Source of the DNA: Kipferlia bialata
Taxonomy: Eukaryota
DNA: 45,653 nt
Reading direction: 5' to 3'
NCBI GenBank assembly: GCA_003568945.1
Contig: BDIP01000020.1
Location: 1 to 45,653, forward strand
A program made the translations under genes and the position numbers. This document shows, piece after piece, positions 1 to 11,364 of this stretch. Within the stretch, counting starts at the first letter, position 1; each line of letters begins with the position of its first letter. Under the pieces are notes generated by a model. That model saw only the letters and a program-made list of their open reading frames with translations. It made no database searches and was not told the origin of the DNA.

Positions 1-56
1 ACATATGTATTCATGCCTGTGTGTATATATATCTATCCCTATACCCTTATGCCTAG

Positions 57-591
57 GAACCCCATGAGGTGTGACCTCCACCACCTGCGCCCTGCCTATG
101 ACCACGCAAACAGTGCCAGGTATCTATACATACATATATCTGTATGAGTATATGCATAGTATATACACATATGTCTTGAGTATTCCATCAGTGTCCTCAC
201 CCCCAGGTCCAACTACCCCTTTGCCAACATCCCGGACGAGGAGGTCTACAAGTGGTGAGTACAGTGTATATAGTGTATGTATACTATGTATACTATGTAC
301 TATTCATATACCTGTATATAGTATATGAGGCTAATTCCTCCTTTGCCAACATCCCAGATTAGGAGGTCTACAAGTGGTGAGTGCACACATATATGTAGTG
401 TAAACACATGGAGATTTGATCGATGTTATGCCAGACCAGGAGGACTACGTCAGGTCTACCTGAATATATATTGTATCCAGGACTGTTCATCCACTGATTC
501 CAGGTACAACCAGCGTGAGATCACCACCCACCAGCCCGAGGAGTCTGACATCGACAACTGGTCCCGGGTCAAGAAGTCAACTGTGCGTTTA

Positions 592-623
<32 letters not shown>

Positions 624-1339
624 CTCCCTTGTTGTCACGTACTTTCCTTGATACCAGTCCTGGGAGCCCCACGTACAGTCCAGGGGAACTGTTGCCCGTG
701 CCGTCCTGTACTTCTACACAATGTGAGTCCGTCTCTCTCTCTCTTTTTGCAAATTACATATGTATTTGTATATATGTATATAACTATAAATACTTCTTTT
801 ACCTAGGTACCCAGTACATCAAGCACATGGACTATGTCTCTCTCTCTCTCTCTCTCTCTCTCCCCCCTCTACACCCTTATTTCAGGTACCCCCAGTACAT
901 CAAGCACATGGGCAAGGTTGGCGACGTCAACACCTTCATCCAGGTACGGTAATTATTACATATGTTCCATCTCTCTCTCTCTCTCTCTTTCCATCTTTCT
1001 CTCCCTTTACCCCCTTTCCCTCAGTAGAACGAGGACTACACCATGGCTCTCTTCTCCCTCTCTATATATATAAGTAATGATAGTAATATATAATAATTAC
1101 TCAATATCAGTGGAACGAGGACTACCCCGTTGTGGCCTGGGACATTGAGAGGAACGACAGGGTCGAGACACACCAGGGAAACAGGTGTGTATTCGACTCT
1201 CCGTAGGACCCTCTCTCTCTCTCTCTCTATGCATATATATATGTATACAAGTATATATGCATATTGATACTGATTCGCAAGGAACCCCTACGTGGACCAC
1301 CCCGAGCTGTGCGAGAGGGCCTACGAGGACATGATCTAG
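57..1339 (+). CDS. Endonuclease I (EndA/NucM/Bsn family, His-Me finger) nuclease, 5' end outside window
   Basis: Exons 57-119, 207-254, 504-582, 658-722, 886-943, 1111-1184, 1282-1339 splice in frame to NPMRCDLHHLRPAYDHANSARSNYPF...SWEPHVQSRGTVARAVLYFYTMYP...WNEDYPVVAWDIERNDRVETHQGNRNPYVDHPE...*. This matches the family motifs DLHxLxP..N..RSN, EP....G.VAR...Y and QGNRNP.VDHPE. Confidence 0.9.
331..382 (+). repeat. Degenerate intronic copy of exon 207-254 including its GTGAGT donor
   Basis: cctttgccaacatcccagattaggaggtctacaagtggtgagt versus true cctttgccaacatcccggacgaggaggtctacaagtggtgagt; TAG at 360-362 in the exon's frame. Confidence 0.9.
801..830 (+). repeat. Degenerate intronic copy of the acceptor and start of exon 886-943
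   Basis: taggtacccagtacatcaagcacatgg versus true caggtacccccagtacatcaagcacatgg (2-nt deletion). Confidence 0.9.
1021..1047 (+). repeat. Degenerate intronic copy of the acceptor and start of exon 1111-1184
   Basis: tcagtagaacgaggactacaccatggc versus true tcagtggaacgaggactaccccgttgtggc; TGG changed to TAG. Confidence 0.85.
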
Positions 1340-1584
1340 AGATACCATTGTATACATGGTGTTGAGCAAAGAGTCTGTCTCCAAGAGAGAAAAGAGAGAG
1401 TATAGTAGGGTATAGACACCTTAAGAGTGCGCTCAATCATTGAGGCACTCTCGGATAGACTGTTATCGTTATACAGAATATATTCTAGTCGTTGAAGCAT
1501 TAATACTGTCTATTATCTTGAACTGAACTAGGGTGTCATGCAACTATAAAGGAACAGAGCCCCTGTCTTCTCTCGGAAGCATTG

Positions 1585-4500
1585 CTAGTAATAGTTGTAT
1601 CTATCGCAGCTTGTTCTCGGTAGGAGTCTTGCTCGGGCCTGAGCTACTGCTGCAACAACAGTGTCTCCTATTGGGTTCGCCATCAAGTTCAACTGCGTCA
1701 GATATGGAATACTATACTGGGTCTCAGAATACCACCTGTGCAACTCATATGGTTGCAACAATACCATGAATCTGGAGACATATTTCACTCAACTGTACTA
1801 CCAGTTCTAACCTAGTTCTCTTTGAATAGTAGTGAAGAATTAACTTAATTCTGAATTAAGAAGGCTACAGATTCTGTAGCCTACAGAATTAGTATATACT
1901 GTTCAGAGGTAGTGTACTTAAACTGTATATAGTATCAAAGCTAGTATATTATATACTGAGTATTCCGTATGTATCGCATGTGGCATTGACCCACCTCCAC
2001 TAGCCGTGAGACATGGTACTTCAATACTATATATATGGCACATAGTATATATCGTATATACTATTCATCCCATACTATATACTATAAAGTATGTGAAATG
2101 TACTCACATGCTCTAGCCTTGGGACATGGTGAAGCGCCTGAAGCACAGCGAGTGCCCCTGCATCACCTATTTGGTTGTCATTGAGCTCCAGCTGAGTCAG
2201 AATATATATAGTGGGTATATGAAATTCTTCGTATACCATATGAATAGTCTATTCATTGAATAGATATATACATATGGTATCAAGTAGTCTATATGACAGG
2301 AAGACGAAGTTTCAACTTGCTCTCCCCTCCCTATTGGCAATTTGAGTGTGTATCCAATGTATAATATACATTGTATATCAATTGAGAGGCACTAACCTCA
2401 GTGAGGTGAGGCACGAGATGGAGTGCCTGTGCCAGTGCTATGGCCCCAGCATCACCAATGTCATTGTAGTTGGTGCAGAACTGATATAGGTGAAGTTTTC
2501 TAGGTCTCTAAAGTATATGGAAAATAGATTCACTGTACCTGCTTGTGTTCTAAAGGGGACCCGCAATAGTAGAATGTTAGAGTAACAGCATCACCAGTAC
2601 CAGCATAGTATTTCCGTATGTATCACTCACCGACTCAAGTTGTGGCATAACAACCAGGGCCCGTGCAAGATCCTTGACATCACTGTCATTCAGGTGGCAC
2701 TCCGACAAATCAAACTGGGATGTTAAGATTATGCATATGCGACGCACTACTATGCGTAATATAATGTAATATATAGCACTGCATCAAATCCGTTGTGTGT
2801 GACAATGAGTCATTGTGATAGGTACTACTAAAGAAATGCTGTAACCAATAAAGAGTAGAAAAGTGGAGTATACTGAACCTTAGAATTGCATCTTACATAC
2901 CTCTATACCACTGTGATCATGGAACTTCTTAACACTGTCAGTTATAGTGTTGTTCTGGCACTCTAAGTAGAACATCTCCAGGCTCTGTGCCAACTAGGAT
3001 TAGCCTCAGAGCTCTACATAAGTACATATACCAGATAATAGACATATGTTTAAGCAAGTCAAGGGCTTCTAGTGCTATCATCAAGTAAATACATTTCATC
3101 AACGTATACAGCTGCATAACACGTACCTCACCCCAGTCTGCCTTTAGCAGGATCTCAACCATAAACTGCCTCTCTTCCGGGTAAGAACAACCTTGTATGT
3201 CCACAACACGCTCTCGTATGCTCTCATACACACCACAGTCGTACAGGCGGAGCTAGAGTAAGAACCTTACAATATTTGGCCTTATTACTGTGACAAACTG
3301 CAAAGACGCATATATGTCACAAGGAAACCAAACACCCACGAGTGCTAGGACGGCACTCACCACATAGAGTTCGTGGAGCTTGGGAATAGCACTTACTAGT
3401 GACAGAGCCCCGGGGTCTCCAATTGGGTTACTATCCATTTCCAGCTGTGTGAGATACAGTTCTCTAGCATGTAGTGCATGACGTGTACAAGTTATATGAT
3501 ACAACACAATTGCATACAACCCCTGAACGTTTAGGTATCGCCAAATTTGAGAGACTGTAGTACAGTCACTGTACTAAGTATATCATATACGGTATATGGT
3601 GTATGTGGTGAATACACCTGCCCACTTTCACCTACCTGAGATAGACTGGGTACGCGATATAGGGACTCCGCCAGTGACGTCGCCCCAATGGCAGTTATGC
3701 CGTTATCTTGAAGGGACAGCTGGATATTAGGATGTCTGCCATATGTTGCTGGTGTTCAATACCATGTCAATACGCGTCATCTACTGATTACATCGAGTAG
3801 GCATTGAGTTGTACTGTTACAGCACTATTGTACCATAGGAAAGCTATAAAGGAAATATCACTTGTGGGAGCAATGCATAATCCAGTGTATGAACAACGCA
3901 CGCACCACTAATAGTGAGGGCACCATATGAAGCGACTGGGCCAAGGTAGCAACGCCGGCGTCTCCAATGAACTGGGCCGCCAGATTCAGCTGGATTAGAC
4001 ATGACTGAGAAGCATACATACGTATGCATTCTAGATATAGTGCTCAACAGGACCACTTAGACTGTACTATATGTCTATATCGGATACAGACCATAACCCA
4101 CCGACACCAGACTGGGAACATAGTGCAATGCCCGGCCAATGGTGGCAGCCCCATCAGCAGTGATGTTGTTATCTGCAAGATCCAGCTGACTGTAAGATAC
4201 ACCATGAAATGAATATGTATGAATGGGAATATGTAGAGAGGAGCCAATGTACCTGCGGGATGAGGTCAACCAGTGATGTCAAGTCAGTGGGCAATGGAGA
4301 AGCATAAATCATGCTCCATGATAGTACAAATCAAAGGCTTGAAGCCTATATAGGACATATTCTATCTCTAGTACCTCTCCTTTGCCTTTGACACCTTCCC
4401 ACACTAGCTATTAGGTATAATCGCTCTATACCATATTCTAAACACCCACCTCCCTAAGGTTAGGCACCAGGTGGAGTGAATGTGCGAGAGTGATGGCGCC

Positions 4501-5616
4501 TGAGTCTCCCTCCACCTTCCCATTCAGGTTCAACTGAGTCAGAGAGAGCCAAATGGTAAAGATGATTACAACGATATATATATAATATATTACACATGAA
4601 GTAGCACAAATGCTTAATTTCTTACCATTTTCCCTCCATCTCTCATGCACTGTTCAAGCCGCATTGTCACCAGAGACATCTGGCGGGTGAGTTCATGATA
4701 TGTATGCAGTTATATCTACAGTATAGACTATAATATATAGTGACAAGGTCGCATTCTCGAGACCACCGCATGTAGACTCTATACTAGAGAGCCCTCTACT
4801 CTGCATTATAGTATTGATAGGAGGTCACCAACCTGTACCACGAGACTCCCCTCTTCCCACAACCCTGAGAGGTAGTCACCGTCAGAGTCAGTCAGGGTGC
4901 CGTATCCCCAGTATAGGTCCTGGGACCACTCTCCATCATACACATCCCCATCTGGGTAGGTACATACACCATACCCTGCCCTCTCCAGACCGCTCCACCC
5001 ACCCTCGTAGACTTCGCCGTTGGTGTAGGTGTAGGGCCCCACTAGAATGCGCTTGATCTTCTCAGTGAGGTGTCTTCTTTCCCTAGTGCCAGCACGAAGT
5101 TCTCTGGGGACTGGTGCTCTGTCTCTAGAAGGCTGAGAGGCGACATCCTTGCCAGCCTGACATGAGATATCATATCACTGTATGACTATATATATATATA
5201 CGTATATATATATATATACAGGTGAGCACATATCCTATGAACCCACCTGTCCCAGGACAGTGACACCTGCATCTGTGTCAGATAGAGCTGTGCACTGAGA
5301 CATGTCACACTCCACCCTGCACTGCGGACACCCGCTCTGGGTATCTGCATAGCCAGGCTTCTCAGTCTGGAACCACTGCTCCAGACACGACTCGTGGAAT
5401 GCATGCTGGCAGGGGGTCACGACAAAGTGCTTGTCAGGGTCGTCTGGGTCTCAGTAGAGACAAAGTAACGGAGAGAAGTTATATGAATGGAGGAAAAGCA
5501 GTCTGAAAGAAGGGTCTAGATACCCAGACAAAAAGCTCAAAGATCCAGCCTCGCAACAATTCATATATATACCCACCATCAAGACAGATACCGCACTCCA
5601 TACTGGTCCCACTCAT
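1585..5616 (-). CDS. RING-H2 + MORN-repeat + ribonuclease-inhibitor-type LRR protein (putative E3 ubiquitin ligase)
   Basis: ATG at 5616; CGICLD/DDPDKHFVVTPCQHAFHESCLEQWF...CPQCR (C3H2C3 RING); MORN repeats YTYTNGEVYEGGW, GYGVCTYPDGDVYDGEW, GYGTLTDSDGDYLSGLW; 28-aa LRR exons at 4450-4533, 4102-4185, 3906-3989, 3636-3719, 3361-3444, 2631-2714, 2397-2480, 2108-2191 (e.g. LELNDNQIGDAGALAVLQALHHVPRLEH); linker exons 3127-3252 and 2901-2993; last exon 1585-1692 ends at TAG. One continuous frame with GT-AG introns. Confidence 0.85.
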
Positions 5617-5939
5617 CAAAGCAGGAAGCTGGATACTCGGATTGGTTGGAATGTATGTTCTGGGATGAGGGTGGGAACCCACTGTATAAATGGAATCACT
5701 ACGTGATCATCACAAGTGACTTGTTAGGGTGGAACACTAGCTATTACCCTCCGTTACACACCCCTCCAGCCCACATAAACTGCCTGCTAACATTATCATA
5801 AGTATTCTTATGTTGGGAACGTGCAAGAGACTATCATTCATGCGATTGGTAAATGTCTAGAATGACATGTTCCCAATTCACATCCAGTATCGCCTTAACC
5901 CTATGTAACACACTCCGTAACGATATATATGGTAAATGC

Positions 5940-7104
5940 ATGTCCAGTTGTCCAATATACGACACTGGTACGCCTCACCTGGCAGTCTGCAGCAAATACA
6001 CGATGATAGAGAGGTAACTCGTACCACAGTTTTTGATAGTGCAAAAGGGTTTGGCAATGCAAAAATGACCAGAAGGGTCCAGGGGATCAGTGTTTGGGTT
6101 AGGCCAAGTCTCCCCAAGCCAAGTACCTCTGTTGCGTGCTCACAGCATCCTCCTGCCATGCAGCATCTGGCAGTGCAACAGTCGAGGTATATCTATTGAT
6201 GAGGAACTGTTCTCTCCGTGCATAGGAAGCAGAAAATGTGTCTCTATAGTCACTATCATACTCAAGTATGTATGTATATATATATATATCATTCTTATGC
6301 TCAGGGCACTCGAAGATGCACTCAACAGGACGTGCTTCGACATTGACAGGGTGCTGCACAGGTATGTTTGAATGGCGTACCATTGTCTCTCTCTCTCATC
6401 CCCCCCCCCCCCCCCCCCCACTTCTCTCCCCCCTCCCCCCCGACACCCCTCCGTGGTGTCTACCTCACACTCAGGAAGCACCCCCTCTCCATATCTCGCA
6501 GCATCGTGCTGGGTATCCACATCCTGTGCTCAGTCGTGTCTGTTGGAGCCGCCATATACCACCTCGAGTGAGTATCTCTCCCTCTCTCCTCATTTACTCT
6601 CCTTCTTTACTCTCCTTCTTTACTCTCTTTTCCTTCTCTTCCGTTGTCGCACTCTTCTCACCCAGGCTCTGGAACTGTTCTCTCGACCACCGCAAGGGAT
6701 TCGCCGGTGGTGGCTGGAACGGAGTGTTCATCATGATAGGTAGGGGGTGACTCTCTGCATTGTTGCTTTCATCTTACTCTGTGTTGGTGTCCCTCCACTC
6801 CACTCCACTATCTATCCTTACCCCCAGCCATCTGTGTCTCCGGTGTCCTCTTCTGGTCCACCAAGTACTACGCAAGGTCCACCAACAAGAGAAAGAGAGA
6901 GGGAAAGGGACCCATACTAGGTAAGGGGGTGTCGTCTCTGTTTACCACTCTCCATAACACACAATACCCCTCTCCCCTCCCACCCCAGTCATCAAGCCCA
7001 AGGACCTCATCTGGGTGTACAGGGGCATCCACACCGCACTCACCGTCTGGTGCTTCTACATGCTCGTGGAGAACCACGCAGTGCTCAGCAAGAAGATATT
7101 CTGA
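5940..7104 (+). CDS. Small multi-pass membrane protein with two His pairs (ferric-reductase-like / di-haem cytochrome b fold, putative); 5' exons uncertain
   Basis: Spliced C-terminal part: ALEDALNRTCFDIDRVLHRKHPLSISRSIVLGIHILCSVVSVGAAIYHLELWNCSLDHRKGFAGGGWNGVFIMIAICVSGVLFWSTKYY...IWVYRGIHTALTVWCFYMLVENHAVLSKKIF*. Three hydrophobic segments; H-x13-H and H-x14-H spacing. Confidence 0.6.
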
Positions 7105-7715
7105 GGCACGGGGTAGTAGTGAGAGAGTCTCACTGAGACAGAATAGAGAATTAACGTTGATGGGGTTTCAATATTCACAAAGCACCAGGGCCCACTTACA
7201 CTCTCTTTGAGGTGGCCCCTCCACCTTTTCAGCTGTCTAACCGGCACGTGTGACTGGTGGGAGATGCTGAGGATTAATGTTGACCAATCATCGGTCATCG
7301 AGTCCAAGTCTGGACCCTCATTCTGACCACCAACAAATTTGACGAGTGACCCAGGTTGCAACTCTTTCATTGGGGCTTCCACAGTATTCTTCGGTTCAGG
7401 TAAGTGTGAAGCAGTGAACTCACGTGATTGCATCTGTTACCGTTGATCAGTTTTAAAACTACATGATTAAAGGCATTAATGCTGTCTTCGATAGAGATCA
7501 TAAGGCTGACTGTCACTCTGCCTTAACAGAGTAAGGCTTGACCTTCTCTCGTCACGACTTAGCTGGTATTATCTGTGTCTCTGCCCCCCCCCCCGCCCCT
7601 TCTTCCTTGCACACCTAGACACCATACTCTCTGTCCCTAGTATGTGTCACGTCTCTCCTCACCACTCTCCTCTCATATATGCAGAGACAGCACTACCAAG
7701 GGTCCCTAGAGACCC

Positions 7716-8879
7716 ATGCCAGGATGTGGGGTGGGTCTGAGCGGCAGTCCCTCTGTCAAGAGAAGGCCTACTCGAGTGGCACCTTCCATCTTAGATCTGC
7801 TGCCTGTACTGAGTGCTGGGGCCTTGGATGCACCTGCTGGACAGATACAGGGACAGGCACCCGAGACCAGGAGGGGTGGGGATGGGGTATCCACTGACCC
7901 TGTGCCTGCTGCACGTCCTGTGCCATCCCCCGTTGCAGTGCCTGCCACACATGCCCCTACTCGTGCACCCAAGTCCAGTGACAGCTTTGTGATACAGATG
8001 GCCACCAGGGAGATAGCACAGAAGTGGGGGGTTGCTTTATAGATGTGGACATGTTTTGTATGCACTGTAGTTATTCCCCCCCCCCCCCAAACACACCCAC
8101 GTGTACTGTCTTTGACCCCAGAAAGAGGCAACTGGAGAAACAGGCGCTGGACATAGTAGCCCTGAAGGTACATCTTCCTAGATATATACATACATATATG
8201 TACGTGTGGGTGTCTGACCCTAGGAGAGGAGCACACGGTATATGAAGCAGCGTAATGAGGCACAGGCAGATGTGTCTGAGTATAAGAGACAGGAAGTGAG
8301 ACAGAGGCAGCAGGTGCTGGCACGGGAGGCAGAGATATACCGCTTGAGGAGAGACCTGGACGATAAGGATAAGGAGGTACTTTGTCGACTTTGTGCTCTT
8401 CAGATTAACCTTTCGAGCCTGTCTATTGTGAATACAGTCAGTGAGTTAGTTCTTACTACAGATAAGTGCTGGCACAGCGAGGGAAACCAAGATGCGTGCT
8501 GATATTGCAGAGCTGGAGAAAAGCATCAAGGCGCTAGAGCGCAATGCCCCTACACCCCCTAAGGTATCTCGCCCTCGACACATAGTCGCAGTTCAGTATG
8601 TAATATGGCCACTCGTTTTATAGCTACGTGCGTGCACCCAACCCCTAGGTCAAGAGGAAGCCCGCCTCCCAGTCCAAGACAAAGACAGACGCAAAGCCAG
8701 AGAGGGAGAGAGAGACCAATGGACACTTGAGAGAAGCCATGGCTCTAATGTTTGGAGGCAGTATATCGGACGGTATGAGTCTGAAGACATTAATTTGAGT
8801 TCATATCCTGATCTGCATGCCCTATTATGCCTCCTTATCTCCAGGCGAGGATCTTAGTGATTTTAGTGACGTTGACTGA
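7716..8879 (+). CDS. Hypothetical protein, Pro-rich region then coiled coil; true start probably upstream (about 7280-7700)
   Basis: In-frame spliced exons ...QMATREIAQK/KRQLEKQALDIVALK/ERSTRYMKQRNEAQADVSEYKRQE...DKDKE/ISAGTARETKMRADIAELEKSIKALE.../...GEDLSDFSDVD* (TGA 8877-8879). Confidence 0.65.
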
Positions 8880-9039
8880 ATGCTGTGAGAAATGGGTTGG
8901 ACAGACGTGGGGGTAGGGACAGAACCAATCAAGGTATAGCTGCTCCCTTGGTACAAGGGTAAATGGGAGGACTCTAGTATCTGTATCTAGTCTCACAGAA
9001 TCGTTTGGTTGAGAGGACCATCGGTGAGCAGGAGGCCTC

Positions 9040-11261
9040 TCATTCCCTGGGACCCATAATGGCCATTGAGTTGTATCGAGACACGCATATGAAGTGTGCA
9101 TGCTTGTCCTAGTGTTAGAGAGAGAGATATCCGGAGTAATAGATCGTGTAGTATATATGAACAGGAATATCAGTCACAGTACTATCTGCACCTGGACACT
9201 ATCTAGTCGGTGCGGACTGAAAAGGTAGCACTTGAGCCGTGACTTTGTACCGTGCACCCCGTGAGGATAGGCATCGACACCACATCTGGGATGGGGGTGG
9301 GAATGGTACAGACAATGCATTGTGACCACATACTGCTACTCCCTACCTTCCATTGCTGCCACATCCAAATGTGTACATGTACCCATCCTCAGAGGCCAGG
9401 TAGGAGTGGATGTGGGCGCTGCAGACCTGGGGTGGTAGGAAAGATATTAACCACATATGTAGAATAGAATTGGTAGCTGGTAATGTCACCAACCTGCGTC
9501 ACCCTCTTGCCCTCTAGGTACTTGGGGTTCTTGCCGTCTCTGGTTCTAGACCCAACTCTATAGGGGGTCAACTCATCACCATCGGAGGGACAGAAGACCT
9601 GCAGTCAGTCATGTGTATATATACAGTAGATACTAAATGCTTCATTGCCCCCTCATTCCGCTGACAACTCCATCTGGTATCTTGAGTATACCTTCATGTT
9701 GTAGTTGCCCAGCATCCCCTTGTGTGCCGTGCCACATGTGTAGAGACACCCGTCTGAACCAGCCATCAGGGTGTGCTGGCCTGGGTAGGGATGATGGAAG
9801 GGGTAACATGCGGATACTGTATTATAGATAGTATAGACAGGCAATGACACTCCCTACCCTCTGACCCTGGTAGGTTCTTGCCCTGGTGGTGTCGGGGGTG
9901 CACCTGGGGGTAAGGGAACCAAGAATACACACCCATAACATATTGTTGTCTTCTCGGTACCATTCCCAGGTACCTGTCCCTTTGTGCACCCCACATCCAC
10001 CACACCCACAGGCATGTCTACCCTGGTGGGTCTAGTCCGATGCCTCCTGTGGCCTAGACCAAGGGCCCCAGAGGTGTTGCAGCCTGGTATGTGAGACACA
10101 GACATACCAAATCAATAAATCTCAGCATTCGACTACCACTCACCCCACATATAGAGATCACCCCCAGTCTCATCCGACCCCACAGTTGTATCCAGACTAG
10201 GGACATTGGTTGATAGGTCTTGTTCCTCAGTAGATGATGCACCAGAGTATGGTGCAGCAGTGATTGCTGCAGCATAGAGAGACCCAGCTGTTATGGACCG
10301 GCACTTGGGGAGTGGGTCAACCTACAGTGGGTATTGGGGAACAAACACAGGTGTCATGGTTCATACATACCTTTGTGAGCCATGCACATGCGTCCTTGGA
10401 GCCTGTCCCCAGTCTGCCGAAGTCCCCTCCCCCACACGAATAGACAGTGCCATCAGAGGTCAGAACCAGGGTGAGGTGGGAGGAACACTGGATCTGGACA
10501 GGTGAGGGTGGAGGGTATCAGTGCATTGGAATACCATCCCTATCATATACTTCAAGCAGTAACACAACAGGTGAGGCTCGTCCTTGCTGTCTGACTATCC
10601 CCTACCTGCACTGCGTCTGACACAGGGGACCCATCACGGTGAGAGACCTTGTAAGGTGTCAGTATCTTGTGGGTGGACAAGTTACCATCGGCACAACATC
10701 CCTGGGGGGAGAAGACATACACGAATTTAGGGTAAACTGTATATTGGCAGGTGGTGACTAGGAAAAGAATGACAGACGGGTACCCACCTGCCTCGCTGTG
10801 CCCCATGTGTAAAGCGACCCATCAGATGTGATACATGCTGGGGGTGAGGTGGGGGCAGTTACATACTATGGTGTAACAATAGATGTGCTCTGCACTCACT
10901 CCATTCCTCCCACCTGTGTGTGTATCCCCGACTGCCACCTGAGCCACCTTAATAGAGGCATCGAAGGGGACCTCATAGGGGGAGGTGCGCATTTCTAGAG
11001 ATGAGATTATTGATCAACACCAAACAAGTGTTTACACACTATTCTTACACATTTGAATGTCGCACCTGTATCCCCAGTTCCCAGTCTTCCATCTGTGTTA
11101 CGACCCTGTGTTAGAGTAGGGGTTCTAACACGGGCATCACAGAGGGAAGTGACATGTGTACACGTGATACAAATGAATCTGTAGTCACTGACGTACCCAT
11201 GTGAAGAGCTTCCCCCTTGCAGACACTGCTGCAAACACATTTATGCCGCAGGAACAGTGCA
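9040..11261 (-). CDS. RCC1-repeat beta-propeller protein, 5' end missing
   Basis: Spliced RCC1 repeats: HCSCGINVFAAVSARGKLFTWGRNTDGRLGTGD, QVAVGDTHTACITSDGSLYTWGT, CSSHLTLVLTSDGTVYSCGGGDFGRLGTG, DLYMWGCNTSGALGLG, GQHTLMAGSDGCLYTCGT, SAHIHSYLASEDGYMYTFGCGSNGRCG; TGA at 9040-9042. Confidence 0.88.
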
Positions 11262-11364
11262 CTATGGGAGGGAGGCATGAGGTGAGGGGAGACACAAAGG
11301 GAAGGAGGATTGAGGTAGAGAGAGATAGGAAGAAGATATTATTAAGAGAGAGATGGGGGGGGGG

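Noticed and set aside
4253..4345. Possible 93-nt exon with an in-frame TGA (selenocysteine or readthrough)
   Set aside because: The cag/gt at 4253 is preceded by a typical branch point and reads better as an acceptor; no SECIS or redox motif is evident.
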